A program made the position numbers and the translations under genes. This document shows, piece by piece, positions 25,341-39,449 of a stretch of 64,000 nucleotides of DNA. Within the stretch, counting starts at the first letter, position 1, and each line of letters starts with the position of its first letter. The DNA is from Antedon mediterranea (lineage: Eukaryota > Animalia > Echinodermata). The stretch spans positions 19,451,432-19,515,431 of the forward strand of contig NC_092679.1 in assembly GCF_964355755.1 (NCBI RefSeq). The letters are read 5' to 3'. Below the pieces are notes generated by a model. It searched no databases and was not told the DNA's origin. It saw nothing but the letters and a program-made list of their open reading frames with translations.

Positions 25341-27012
25341 ACACCACTTTTAAACTAGATGTCTTGTATTGGTATATTCACATGTCATTTAACTAATGTG
25401 CGGTAGCATAACGCATGCATACACTTTGGTCAAACGATTTTCTAGTATTGAGTACGTGTACAAACACTTATATATCATAGCAGTGTAAACATATACTTGA
25501 AAATAACAAGATGATAAAGATAAAACTTCACGAACCAAATAGAGATCGAATAATTCCCTTTTTAAATAGTTAATTAATTTATTATTTTACTACATTATAT
25601 CAGCAACCTATGATTACGTATTCCACGTTTTTAATGAAACATTTATTTCTTGGCCTGAGGTTATTGATTTAGGTTACTAATGATTAAATAGTACCTATGA
25701 ATATTCATCCCAGGCCTACTGACCAAGCAATGAGATCAAGGATCAAGTGTTAACATGTGTGTTTAAGAGGCCTATAAAACGTTATAAAGGCCTATATACC
25801 TGGGACCATCTAACATAGCTGACCTTTGTCCAAGTAGTCGTAATATTACCCCACTATCTTTTTATTTTATTAATTATAATTATTATACACCCTAGTTGTA
25901 AGTTAGAGAATGAATGTAACCACCAACAGACTCTTTCTATACATTAAAATGACAATATTTAACTTACTCTAAACCGGCAACTATTTACAAGCGTGAAAAC
26001 GCCGTAAGTATTTAGTCCTTCGCTTCGTTATTGACTATCTTTATCTTCGTAGCGACTATTATTTTCCTTCCAAGTTCAGACTATAGTCTCAATGTGAATA
26101 TAGAAATATCGATAATACGTACGCCTGCTCCACAGAATCGCGATGAGTAAGTTATTTCATCGACGGATGATAAATATATTACGCCCTCTACGACGTCAGC
26201 AGATTAATAACCAATTCCGGAATACCCACTGATTGAAATTGATATCTTTGTGCAAAAATATAATTAATTTTTACCGGCAAATACATCATTATTGCCACAT
26301 TTCATGTCCCCTTTTTTTTGGCAAATGACGCGTGGTAGAAAAACACGTAAACACCTAAGATTAATTATTAACATTATGCAAATCTCTTTACGTAGATCCC
26401 GCTTGAAATCTGGATAAGAACAACATAATGCATCAGGATTTCATTTTAATGTAAGTAAGTATGTAAGTGGCTTTCAGATTGAAATATCAAGGATAAGCAA
26501 GTACGTAGGCTGGTATAAAGTGCACTTTAGTCATTTTGTTGGCTATGAAGTGAATCAAAGCGAATTAAGACCTCAATCTTACATTTTTATATGTAATTTG
26601 ATCAACGTTTCTATTTCTGTAAAATTTAATAATAACCTATACCATTATTATTCAAAAAATAGCCCCAGTGATTATACAATAATTTAAAAAAAATTGAAAA
26701 AATAATAAAACTATATAGTATGAGACAAATTCAATTATTTTGACACAAATTGTTATCGAATGAAGATACATATATAAACAGTTATCGGCAAATCATGACG
26801 TCATTACATAATCTCGTAATTTGTTTGATAGAAACATTCAATTATTAATAAGTTTGTATTCGTATTACATGTCTTTAAGATTATTAGCAGAGACAGTTGA
26901 ATAAAACTCGATCAGATTTCCACAACAAAACATTTCAACAATTTTTAGAGCAGGAGAATCATTATTGCATTAATAATGCCTCTATTCATGCGTCGGTACG
27001 TTATAACTTATC

Positions 27013-27165
27013 AATAGAGCTTGGTGGTTAACATGCTTGTCTTCCAATCCGAAGGTCCAGGGTTCAATCCTCAGTCCCTTAGTTAGTGGCTGTAACTGAC
27101 TAGTCGTTCAACTCTACTTCCTAAGTCTCAATTTACAAGCATAGGTCTGACTTTTTACTAACCCA
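27013..27165 (+). mobile_element. tRNA-derived SINE relic
   Basis: A-box-like agcttggtggttaa and B-box ggttcaatcc, followed by a non-tRNA body. Confidence 0.5.
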
Positions 27166-27779
27166 GATATATTATCTCCCTAAACTTATATTATTGAAAT
27201 ATTATGCTGTAGGCCTATCCTAATAATTAATTATCTATTTAGCAAAACCAACACTCTTTATATCAAAATGGATTAAGAATTTTGTTTACGAAACGTTTAC
27301 TTGGACATTGGCCTGGCTGGTGACGTATTTGTCTGTGTTGATCAAAGTAAACTCAACTTTAAAATGTGATTAATTGTGTTTTTATTACCAACTTGACAGT
27401 ACAACCAATTTTGTGTTTATTTCTATGTTTTTATGTAACGAAATACAAGTTAATATTCATCTTCTTGTCAGTTGGTACGAAGCAGAAACAAATTAAGCTT
27501 TATACCCTAGAGGACTTATACTTTCGACTACAGATTCATGGTTTAGACAGATCTTAGGAAAAATCAATAGGCCTTATACTTTAAGATTTAGAATGGCGTT
27601 GATGACATCAGCATTTTCTGATTATGAATACAAATAATACGAATTCTTCGTATGTTAGTTGACTTTGTATAAGTATACATAATTTCAGAATGATCAGGTA
27701 TATCACTGATGATTGATAAATGAAGCCTATCGTCTGAGATTTATTTTCATTGTCAGCAACAGAGTCTTTGGCAATTATG

Positions 27780-28340
27780 TTTTTGGTCAAACTGAGTTTT
27801 TTTGAAAAATTGGTTTTCAACATGATGTTTTTCCCGTCAAAAACAAATTCAGAAAACTAGATGTCGGAAAACTGAATTTTCGGCAATTTACCGGTAGTTT
27901 TCAGCAAATTTAACTCAAATATGGTTTTCGATAAACAGAGTTTTGGGTAACAAAAAAAACAAAAAGTTTTTGGTCAGTAAACAAAGTTTTGGAAGATAGG
28001 TTTACATGCAAATTTAATTTTAACAAGTGATTTTCGGTAATTTAAACTAGATCAACTAGATTTCGGAAAATCAAATTTTTTGGTAAACTGAGTTTTCGAA
28101 AAATGTACAAATTAACTTCAACAGTGTTTTTGGTTAAACTTTGTTTCAGCAAACTTGATTTTGGAACAACCATGTTCAGTAAACATGGTTTTTAGTAAAT
28201 TGAGTTTTCTACAACATGGTTTTGGTAAAACATGTTTTGACAAACTTTCTTCGGTCTGATTTTTCTTCTAATTATTCAGCAAAAGTTTATTTCAGAAATA
28301 TTTGATTTCGGCAAATATATTTTCCGACAAACTTTATTTT
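27780..28340. repeat. Degenerate ~20-bp minisatellite tract
   Basis: Recurrent aaactgagttttcgg / aaacatggtttt units. Confidence 0.6.
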
Positions 28341-29442
28341 GATAAAGCAGGATTTTCTTAAGTTTCCCGTCAACCGATTATCCGGTAAGGACTGAACTTC
28401 ATCAAAGTGTGTTCCAGCGTGTACTTACAGGATACATCATCTACCGAGAATCTACATATTATAATAATAAGTTCACAATGATTTTTGTAAAAGTAAAATC
28501 ATCTGCAGCGTTCCTAACAACCAACTGTTATTGTAACTGCTTTGAAATCCCTTTCAAAAGTCATGAAAACATTTTTACAGAATTAAGATGTTTATTATTT
28601 TTGCAGCAAAATATATTCGAATGATGTCATCATTAAGTGACAGTTAACATAATATAATATCATTTGATATAAGATATAAAGGTGGTAATGATTAGGTGTT
28701 TTCAATTAATGGCATAACCGTAATATCATTACGTCATACGCGCGCGTTGCTCTTCTTGTTAATGACAAAGGCGAGGTAATAACAGTATCTTCATTTTTGA
28801 CCTTGATATTTAGGAGAGGATCATTTAAAAGAAGAAAAAAAATCTTGAATGGATTGACAATCGGAGGAGGTGATTGATTGGTGTCCATTAGTCACTGTAT
28901 AATAGGTCTACGCATCTAATGAAACGATAACAAATACGAGAAACTGAGGTTGTTTTAAGCTTTCAATATCACTGATTCTTTCTATAATGTTTTCTGGAAT
29001 TCTGGACAATCTAGAACTAGAATGTGTGATTCGATTGTAATAATTGTATTACTATACAGTTTAATCTATATTCAAGTTATGTAATATTGTTTAAAATGGT
29101 AAATAGGCTAAAGCTACATTATCAAACTAGTTTGACAACAAACATTGTGATGTGCCCAAATATGGTAGTGATATATGCTTAAAAATATGGTAGTGATATG
29201 ACATCATCATGTCCATATACGGGCACATCAGAGCTTAACGATGAAAATCAATCAGGTGGTTAAAAAATAAATGGATGTACTCTGAGGCATTACTTACAAA
29301 ACCTACACAAATAAATGTTAAAGATTTAATATACCTATATGAAAAATGTTGGTGAAGAATGAAATAAAACTTCGAATAGGCAATTTTAATATCGGTATTC
29401 ACTTTCACCGAAAAACCGAACAAGATAAACGTTTACATTTAA

Positions 29443-29582
29443 AGCTTTGTTTCCACTAGCGACGCAACGCAAGGACGTAACGCAACGTAAAGCTTGGTTC
29501 CCACTAGAACGTAACGCAAGGACGTAAACGCAACGCAAGCGTTTTAACCAATGATAAGCGAAGTTATAGTGGGAACCACGCT
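29443..29582. mobile_element. Rearranged family-A MITE composite
   Basis: One TIR arm followed by an oppositely oriented, internally deleted copy starting at 29491. Confidence 0.75.
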
Positions 29583-31184
29583 TTACGTGGCAGAATCACG
29601 TCTTTAAGGTTTTTGGTAAACAAACATTTAAATTACGGGTAAATACAATTGAATAGGTCAACATATTTGGGTTTTTTTTCAATCAATCTTTTAAAAAATA
29701 CAAATGTATGAAACTAAAATATCATATTTACCAATATTTAATTATTATTATTATTATTATTTTGATTTGACGTTTTCATCAATTTCTTAACGCGCATGTC
29801 ACGTTAGTATAGTCGTCACTGTGTGACTATTTGCGTGCGTGGTTTCGACGTAGAAATTAAATTAACAAATACACAGATCTTCACCAAATGTAAACAATTT
29901 AATTATTGTTTCTTGTTTCCATCTTATAATTGTTAATACGTGAAGGTGACTGCGGGGTCACGGCCGTAATCAACTTCTATATTACTTTCTCCATTGTGGT
30001 AATTATTAATTTTCTTCTACGATTCGTCGTCGGCGCCTGAAAAAGATGTATTTTGTGCCTCGTGGCAGTTGCTGACGTTTAAATAATAATGCTGAAAAAT
30101 GGCAAATGGATAATGCTCGTCGTAACGAATATGAGTGGTGTGTGTTGTTGTACAGATAAAATTAAGTCGTGGTTTTAAAAATATTAAAGCAGGCCTACGA
30201 ATTTATGAGAAAAAATAAGCGACATAAAACCAATAGGCCTATTATGGTCATTAAAAAAATAAAATAATAAATAAAACAATTTCAATTTGACAATGTTTTT
30301 AGTGTTTTAATTTTTAGACCCAGCTTAAGTTCCTGCTTGTAATATTATGTGCTATTTTAAGTAATGTTGTAGGTTCCTTTGAAAAAAAAGTTAAATGGAT
30401 GGAAAAAAACCCTAAAATTATGTTTTTAATTGCGACACTGTAAGCGCCTCTTCATTCAAAGTACGGATATTGTAGGCCTATATTTTTTACGCGCGCGCCC
30501 TTTCACTGATACCTTTGCTTAAGACGATAGATGGCGCTTGTACATATTTTGAAGCTATCTTCATAATCCGATGTCATTATCCTTAATAATGCTGTTAATG
30601 GAACTTGTTTACACGAAAGATGCCAATTAATCGTTAACTATTAATCGCACGCTATATTTAGACTCTAATTCAGATACCAAATAATGATACACCTTCTGTT
30701 ACTATTAGCAACGTACGGTGATGATGTACGGCTATCAACCAATCAATTAAGAGTTTGATATTTCCGGCAAAATTGTGAAATTTCACTATGTAAGAAAAGG
30801 TCACAATTACAAACAAACAAAAAACCCACACATAATGATATTTTATCCTAGTATAACTGTCTGAAACTTGGTATCTAATTATTCAATATACGTACGAGGC
30901 TTTTACGCAGGCTACTTATAGTTATTCAATATACATAATATAACATAATTTTATTTTCTCGCCTAGGTCTTTAATAGTTCAATTTGCTATTGACAAAAAT
31001 CGTGGTTAATTAATCGATGACAACATTTAAACAAATGTTTGAAATGTTTCAATAATTTTATTTATACTATAAAGAATGCTTTTATGAGATTTATTTAGCC
31101 TAGACTAATTAATAATGATAATAATTTTTATTTGTCAAAGACTAGGACTCGAGGCCAAGTCGAATCCGATTCCTTCTTCAATTT

Positions 31185-31260
31185 AAAATAGCGCCATCTA
31201 TAACTGAGATTGTTTTTCTAAAAACCAATGGCGGCGATAACAACGACGCTGCTACCGTAA
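31185..31260 (+). promoter_or_regulatory. Putative PPP4R4 promoter/TSS region
   Basis: CTCF-like AGCGCCATCTA (31190-31200) and YY1-like AATGGCGGCG (31227-31236) about 190 bp upstream of the ATG. Confidence 0.4.
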
Positions 31261-31413
31261 AAACTAACCAAGTCGAATCAATCAAATAACTTTTCTAGGA
31301 GATAATTATTTGCTTTTGATGTACCACTGACATGAAAAAGTGCAAATAATGTAATCAAGGATTTTATTAGTAAAATAGGTGCATTTTAACGTTACAATTT
31401 ACTATTTACTACA

Positions 31414-31503
31414 ATGGATTGGAGCTCCAAGGAAGGTGTCGCGGAGATCGAGGAGAATTTGGCCGATCTCAGCCTTGAGAAAACAATAACCAGTAGCCTA
31501 AAG
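31414..31503 (+). CDS. PPP4R4: Protein phosphatase 4 regulatory subunit 4, coding exon 1
   Basis: MDWSSKEGVAEIEENLADLSLEKTITSSLK|gtaaat; resembles the recalled vertebrate N-terminus (MDFSQ...EDLQELTIIERPVRRSLK). Confidence 0.85.
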
Positions 31504-31787
31504 GTAAATAAGGTTAAGCTAATAATAGCCTATCTTATAAAGATAAATCTTGAGTGAATCAGTTAAAAATTGTATCAGATTTGAAAACGATTTTATTACA
31601 TCTTTTTATCAGGCAGACAAGGCACTTTTTTTTGTTTGTTTTCATGACATTTCGTAAAAAAATCAGTGCTGTTACTGCTGGTTACCGAGTCATGTACTAA
31701 ACTTTAGGCCTACGCCCGGAAGGGACCGGTACCGCCCGGCCATCAAGTACATGCAAACATTATATTTAATGTAATTGTGATATTTAA

Positions 31788-33384
31788 AGGGGGGTTCCGG
31801 GTTTAAAATGAATAGTAAAAAATGTAAAATATATTTGTTTGTCTCTTGAACGGTAAAAGTTTCAATTTATATAAGCGCCCAGTGAAGCAGAACGAAGGCT
31901 GTGAAATGAGGCCAAATTACAAGTGCAGCTACGGCGATATGACACTGTGTTACAGAATAGGAAATTCGTGAAATGGTCAATCTTCCGACGACTCGTTATC
32001 ATTAACCATATCAATTACTTTTGTAAAATTATACTTATCTGATGTAATTTTAGTCGGTCTTCCCATTTATAAAGTCAATGTTCTATGAAAATTCATCAAA
32101 ATAGTGAAAAATTAGATATGTTTGCACTTTACGTTTGCCGATTTTCGCACTGACTTAGGGAAAGCCTTCAAAATCAATGAAGCGTAACGTATACATTCCT
32201 GCTGAGAGCGAGGAGAGCGAGACGACGATACACGTGCTCTATCTACCCATGCCTGGCATCGTCACGTGATAAGCAGATACAGTATACAATACCAAACTGG
32301 TCGGGTCGAGTATACCCCGTCTATAATTACAACATGAACGATGTACAGTATTTGATTGAAGGTTGACTCGACCTACCGGAATGGTATAGATAATATAGCT
32401 CGAATGAGAGAGTTGGAATATTTGTAAACATAAGTATTGCTAATTTTAAGAAGTGTAGCCTAGTAAAAGGCCTGGTAGTATCAATTCGCATAGGGTCTAC
32501 TACACTAGCTAGCTCAATTTTTAACTGGGCCGGATCGGCTAGGTCTCCTTCCTACTACTGGTCTACTTGCTTGATGCAGTAGTATCCGCTTTTTTGGAGA
32601 GTAAACTAGGCCTATTTTAGGCCTACTTAGACGATCGGGACATCATACGTGCGGACGGCGAACGGCGATACAGTATTTACAGCCGATTTTGTAGAATGTT
32701 TTAGGTTTAGATTGTTTAGGAGTTTGGCTGATAGGATGGGTTTGGAATCCACTGAGTTTTGTTTTTTATGGGCCAATCGTTTAGTAGTGGGCCAATCGTT
32801 TAGTAGTAGGCTAGCTAGGCCCATGATGGGCCCCAATGTTTTAGCGTTTTAATCTCTAGTCAGAATGGCTCTCACCCATGAAAAAAAATGATTTAGGCTA
32901 GGCCTAGCCTAGTACGTGAAGCCGATAGTACGATCTGTACTATTCGAGGTATAAAAATAGTATATAATTTATGACTCCGTAATCTATACTAAATTTTGTA
33001 TTTATTAAATGTCAAATAAATATATGCTACTACTGTTGTTATTACACTTTAGGCCTAGAGCTTAGAAAACCTACAAATAATGTATTTCACAATGATCGGG
33101 TGGTCGTCGTTTGACAGGGGAGATTGAAAAACACAACGTACATGACGTCGCGAGTTATGAATCCACTGATGACGTGATTTTGTGAATATCTCATGAATAT
33201 TAATGAGCTTCCCTAAGCTGCTGAAAAACAAACTTTCCATGAATTTACCCTAAAATGTATATGAAATTTTATTTTTTTATTTCTCGTTATTATTTCTTCA
33301 TTCTGACATGTCTATATTTTTATAATATTTTTTATTTAATAAATAAACGATATTTAAAAGCAATTTTAAACCCAGAATCCCCCT
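31788..33384. mobile_element. ~1.6-kb non-autonomous Kolobok-like DNA transposon in PPP4R4 intron 1
   Basis: TTAA|AGGGGGGTTCCGGGTTTAAAAT...ATTTTAAACCCAGAATCCCCCT|TTAA; TTAA TSD with AG...CT ends. Confidence 0.78.
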
Positions 33385-33723
33385 TTAATTGTACTTTTTA
33401 TACATTTTGAATCTAAAAAAACTGTCAACATACTGATTAGGCTAGCCGAGGTTTATTTCGAAAGGAATAAACTTCCCCTTCCCTTCATAATCTTCCCCTT
33501 CCCTTCATAACATATACTGTAGGGGTGTGTCACAACTCTGATAGGGGTTGGTCTAGCCCCAACAAGCACTACCTCTGGGTTAAATGGTATTCCCAAATTA
33601 ATGACACAACATATTGAAATATTATTAGACAAAAGTACAAAAATACAGTACACTACAGTTACAGATCAATAACTTAACATTATTTAAAAATATATTTTTA
33701 ATTTTTAATTGTATTCTTTGCAG

Positions 33724-33797
33724 AGTGCAGAGGAGATTGAGCGTTTGACTGTTGATGAGAGTTTAAATGACATTCAACGTGCTGTGTTTTTATTAAG
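33724..33797 (+). CDS. PPP4R4: PPP4R4 exon 2
   Basis: ttgcag|SAEEIERLTVDESLNDIQRAVFLL(S)|gtgagt; EEIERLTVDE motif. Confidence 0.95.
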
Positions 33798-34017
33798 GTG
33801 AGTAGAATGAATGTTATGCCAAACTACTGTAGCATTACATTTTTATCAAAAATTATATATAATTTCTTTTTTATCATGTTTGAATTGTTTTTATACATTT
33901 AAAAATATATTTGTAAGCTTTCAATTAGTGAGAATTTCTCATCTTAAATTTAAAGCAAGTTGTACCAATCTTTAGTGTTAATACTGTATATAAAATTAAA
34001 TATAAACTACATATTAC

Positions 34018-34238
34018 CAAGGCAATAACAAGAGGATGCTGAGCTCCCAGACATTAAAGGGTTTATCTGTGGCTGCAACACAGCCAGTTTCACGCCCCTT
34101 AATAGACACTTCACGCTGCGGATATTATGTACATCAGTACTGTTGGTATTTGTGGCAGCCAGACATAAGATCAAAGGACTGTTACGAGTTCCTATTTTGG
34201 CAAGGCAAGCTCAGTGTCCTGACTGTTAGAATGCCTTG
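34018..34238. mobile_element. P-element-like MITE
   Basis: atattac|CAAGGCA...TGCCTTG|atattat; ~7-bp TSD; related inverted copy at about 57635-57875. Confidence 0.6.
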
Positions 34239-35785
34239 ATATTATTGTATAGGTTACCGGTATGTACCATTTCCTACCATTTTGATAACTTACTGTATCC
34301 ACCATTATCCACTTTCTTAGAGATTATTTGAAACCTCAAGATTCATGTATTTTATTGAAAAATTGAAATGGTTTTTTTTATGAACAAATTGTTGATGTCT
34401 ATGAACTGTCAAATAAATAACTGATATTCTTAAACTATAGTCTATACTATCATCAAACTTGATGTGACAAAAAAATGTGATCCATAATGAACATGATGAT
34501 GTCATATGACTTCCATATTTGGGCATATCACACTTTTTTTTCAAACTAGTTTGATGGTGTAGGCATAGCTTTAAAATGCTTTAACACATCCTATGGTAAA
34601 GTGCACAATTGATTTGATGGGATAGTCTGCCCATTGTTCCGATTGTCCAATAATCAATTCTTTATCCTATTTTGAAAGAAGTCCATTCAGATGATCATTG
34701 TATACAAGACCTCTTTCTCAAGGACTAGATACTGTTGGTTTAAAATAGAGATATTTATTTAAATATTGGCTAGGTCCCAAAACTGTTTATTTAGTTTGAC
34801 TGCATTGTTTGGGATTAAAGAAAGTGAAATAACTTCATACTATATTTTTATGTAGGGTATACTTACTGTACTATAGTACAGTACTGTAGTACTGTACTAT
34901 AGTACTACTAGTATTAGCCCTGTTTAAATACTAGCCCTGTTTAATACTAGCCCACTGTACAATGTACAGTACTGCAAACTGGGCAAGTTGGCAATCCAAT
35001 TTTGGTGGTCTTGTGAAAATTGTGCATCGTTTCCAACATGAACAGGAAAGCCATAAACCCTTACATCTGTTCCAATTAGTATGTACCTGTATTGTGAGGA
35101 ATAGGTCGGGCTAGCAAAGCATATTGGTTTGGGCTAGTACGATTGACTAAACTACACTCAGTTGGCTATTAAAAACTGTAGGTTACTGTCCAAGACTCTC
35201 ATCACATAACTCTGCTAGCTCCACAAAATGTAATTTTAAAACTAATATAGTCATCATTATGATAATGTCCTGTTATTAATTTTTAAAAAACATAAAATTC
35301 TTTGGAAATTAAGATATTGACATTAAAACCAGGATGTGATATGGCATATTAAATATTAAACTACAGTACTGAAGTAACTGTACATGTATATGCATATTTT
35401 TTAAGACTCTTTAGAATTCTGTTGACTTTATAAACGATTAAGGCATGGTGTATACAAACAAGTTTTAAGAAAAGAAACCATCACCACTACACCAATATAA
35501 TTGATAATATTCATCCATGTTTGTGATATCAATAATCAACTATTGTTTGTTGTTTGTTGAAGACTATCTTTCAACAATTATCGTTGATAAATCTTCTTTC
35601 CCTGTGGAATTGTTTGTTTTATTTTGAATAAACGACGACAACGTTAACACTTGAAAACATTGTGAGATACATAACGGTAGATCTGGGATTCCAACCCAAT
35701 TAACTTATTTAATATTGGTACAATTCTGTGTACTGTATACAGTATGAAAATTTCCTTTGAATACTCTACAATAGTTATATTTTAA

Positions 35786-36150
35786 AGATGTATTGTCCCC
35801 CTGATAAAATAATTATTTATTTATTAATTTTTTTTTTAATATTCCATTTTAATGTCACATAATAGTTCTCCACTTCGAACAAAAATTGAATCGACAAAAA
35901 AATGTTTTTACCTGAAAAAGCTATAATTTAATAAAGCAAAAAATAGTCAAATTGTCTGTCAGACAATTTTGGTTTAAATTTTACCGTTTATTTTGTCATT
36001 TTATATAACATTATAATAAGAAAACATTATTTTGTTTCTTTTTTTTTCGGTGAGTGATTAACTTTATGAAAACTTCAAAATAACCTATTCAACAAAGTTT
36101 AATTAATCTTATTTTTTCATGTTTCTCTATGTTTTTGAGGAACAATACAT
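35786..36150. mobile_element. Kolobok-like MITE family C
   Basis: TTAA|AGATGTATTGTCCCC...GGAACAATACAT|TTAA. Confidence 0.75.
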
Positions 36151-37032
36151 TTAATAAAAATTAGGAGGTGTGATATTTAAGCTACGATGTAAAGTTTAAC
36201 TATACTATTGTCTACATAATATTATTGATTAGACATTTAACGAATGAGTATTATTATTATGACCTAGGTTAAAAATGTTAAATATGTAAAGTGATATAAT
36301 ATTTCATCACTCTATTATGACTGTTTCTTATAAATAACCAATTTAGTTAAGTTTAATTTATGAGCAACAGCCAGTTACTGTAGTTAATACTGTTGGCTTT
36401 AATTGTCACACATCTGTATTAACTTCAATCATATCAAATAATAATTACTGTAATGTACATTCTGTTGTTGTTATTTATTGGTTTTTTTTTTCAAATTTAA
36501 AAAAGTGAGAGTAATTTGAAAAGTTCCTGTTGCATATCTACACCGTACTGTACCAAAAACTAAAAAATAAATTAAATAAAACTGTATTAAAATTGTGTAA
36601 GTTTAACTGGAATGTGAGGAAGTCCCCCCCTCCCTTAGATAGAGACACCGTGTATGATTCCTCCATGTGGCAGATATAGCACAGCGCCTACAGAAATTTA
36701 TAATATCCTTCCATAACACAATGTTTTAGTTTTCGCTCAAATGTATTGAATGAATTTTTATAACCTAATGTTTATATACTTTTTAATGTAATAATTTATA
36801 ATGTTTGTATTTGATTGTGTAGTAAAGATAAGTCCATATTTATTTTTTTGTTGTTGCACATCTCTTGAGAATTGTGCCTCTGTTATAAAAGAGAAAAATA
36901 AAGTTATTATTATTAATATTATTATTACAGTTCTATAATAATTAACAAATACAGTAGGAGTAGAAACAATATATAATAATAATAATATACTGTAGTAAAC
37001 AATTTGAATTCTATGTTTACATGATTCCCTTA

Positions 37033-37456
37033 AGCGTGGTTCCCACTAGCGACGCAACGCAAGGACGTAACGCAACGCAAGTGAATTGACCAATCACAAG
37101 CGATGGCTTATTCGCTTGTGATTGCTAAACTGTCTATGTATAACTTCGCTTGTCATTGGTTAAAACGCTTGCGTTGCGTTTACATCCTTGCGTTACGTTC
37201 TAATGTGAACCAAGCTTTAATTAATGTAGTACTTGCTATTTGGTTATTCTTTACTGTATTGATACTTTTCACACTTAAGCTTGGTTCCCACTAGAACGTA
37301 ACGCAAGGACGTAAATGCAACACAAGCGTTTTAACCAATGACAAGCGAAGTTATAGACAGTTAGTAATCACAAGCGAATAAGCCATCGCTTGTGATTGGT
37401 CAATTCACTTGCGTTGCGTTACGTCCTTGTTTTGCGTCGCTAGTGGGAACCAAGCT
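37033..37456. mobile_element. Two family-A MITEs in opposite orientation (37033-37216, 37278-37456)
   Basis: Full TIRs with TTA/TAA flanks; 61-bp spacer. Confidence 0.9.
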
Positions 37457-37933
37457 TAAGGATGTGCATACTGTACATTACTGTACAAGAAGACAAACCA
37501 TCAAAATTAAAATGTTTTCTAAAGCTCTGTCTACACTATAAAATGTGACAAAAAATGTTATGTGCTCATATACTGTATGGACATGATAATATAATTTCAC
37601 TACCATATTTGACCTTATTTGGGCACATCACACTTTTTTGTCAAACTAGGTTGATAGTGTAGACAGAACTTACTTGATTAGTAGTATGTATTAGTGAATC
37701 TGGTAAGAATATTAAGCTTTAGACATTACCATTTTACTATTTATCATAAGTACAATACAACCTAGCCAGGTGAATGTCTTATCACCTGCGAGCATTATGT
37801 AACAGATTCTTTATTTTCTCAGAGCCTAATCCCTGTATTTTATCAAATGTCATCATACCCAATGAAATATTTTCCCTGTGTGATGACTAACAACAATCTT
37901 GTCTGATCAAGACGTATGCTTTGTTTTCTTTAG

Positions 37934-38036
37934 CTCCGGTCAAGAGGTCCAACGGATCAGCGTCATTAAGAATCTAGCCTCGCTTATCACAGACAATCAT
38001 GACGACGCAATGCGAAGGGTCGTGCCCAAAGTTAGG
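37934..38036 (+). CDS. PPP4R4: PPP4R4 exon 3
   Basis: tttag|SGQEVQRISVIKNLASLITDNHDDAMRRVVPKVR|gtaaga; phases 2/0 consistent. Confidence 0.95.
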
Positions 38037-38577
38037 GTAAGATAAAATGTCAATATCTATCACTTTTTAAGACAAACTGGACAAATTCATTCATTTCCTT
38101 TATTTCGGATAGTACATCATACATCCACAAAGGCAACCTCAAATAAAATATAAAAATACTATATTGTACTAATTTTTTTAACTAGACTAATAAAATAATT
38201 TATGACAAGATAAAAAAACCTAAAAAATTAAGATGAATAAACCATTTTGCAGTTTTGATAAAGTTATTCATTTCTGTAAATAATTATTTCACCTATAAAA
38301 AGACAAAATAAACGGTTAATTTTAACCAAAAACCATTGTCTGGCAGACAATTGAAGTATTTTTTGCTTTAAATTCATTCTTTTCAGATAAATAATTTTTG
38401 TTTCGATCCAGTTTTTTGTCAAAGTTAATAATTATTATGACATTTAAATGACATATTCAACAAAAAATGTGAAAAAAAAACCATTTTTTTAGGGAAAAAA
38501 TATAGTATATCTCAGATTTTGCATTCCACATACAGATTTTTGATAAAAGAACATTTTAAAATGATTGTTATTTTTAG

Positions 38578-38725
38578 GAGGTGCTACATCTGGCCAGCAT
38601 TGAACTTCAGCAGGCTGCAGCCGAAACATTTGTTCATATCGCAGAGAAGCAGATTGTGTTGCACGCTACATATTCACAAACGTTCCTGCAAACGATTCTA
38701 ACAAATATTGACAACAGAGATCCAG
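38578..38725 (+). CDS. PPP4R4: PPP4R4 exon 4
   Basis: tttttag|EVLHLASIELQQAAAETFVHIAEKQIVLHATYSQTFLQTILTNIDNRDP|gtagg. Confidence 0.95.
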
Positions 38726-39449
38726 GTAGGTTGTTTGTTTTATAACATTTGTTCTCAAATTCAGGAAATTTTTTATTTTTATGTCAATGGTTACCAGATG
38801 TCTCTATGTAGCCACCCACCTGAACCAGTACCAGAATGGTCTTGAGGAGAGACTTGAACCTAAGCCAATTCTATAGACTATAGGTAGATGGCGACCCTGT
38901 CGTAACCGCTCGGCCACTCAACTTGAATATATTATCAGGCATTCTCAGATATACAGTACTATGTACTGAAGAAGGCAGCGGCAAGGTGGAGGGGAGGGAG
39001 GGGCTGTTTGTAGAGATTTACTGTATAAGAGATGGATATTGAAAAAAAGCGCAGAAAACATTAGGTTAATATAGGAATCCAATTGATACAAATATGCTGC
39101 AATATATACCATTAGTCCATTAATTCTACACACTAGTACCACCATAATATAATTACTGTACTGTTTTGTATGTATTATTAAATTAATACCAAGTAATTAC
39201 AGTAATGTTGGTGCTGTCCAATATTGCTTTTAGTGCAAGATTAACTGCTTATGCTTTGATGTGGAAGCAACTCCCAATGGTGGGGACAAGCACTAGACAT
39301 GGCTTACCTTTTCAGCATAATGAATCAAAATTAATTATGTATTGACTTTAATTATAAAAAATTGCATAAATTTACTCTATTACAATTACTATACTGTACT
39401 ATAATGCACTGTTTTTCTAACATTGTGCTCTAACGACTTTGCAATTGTA

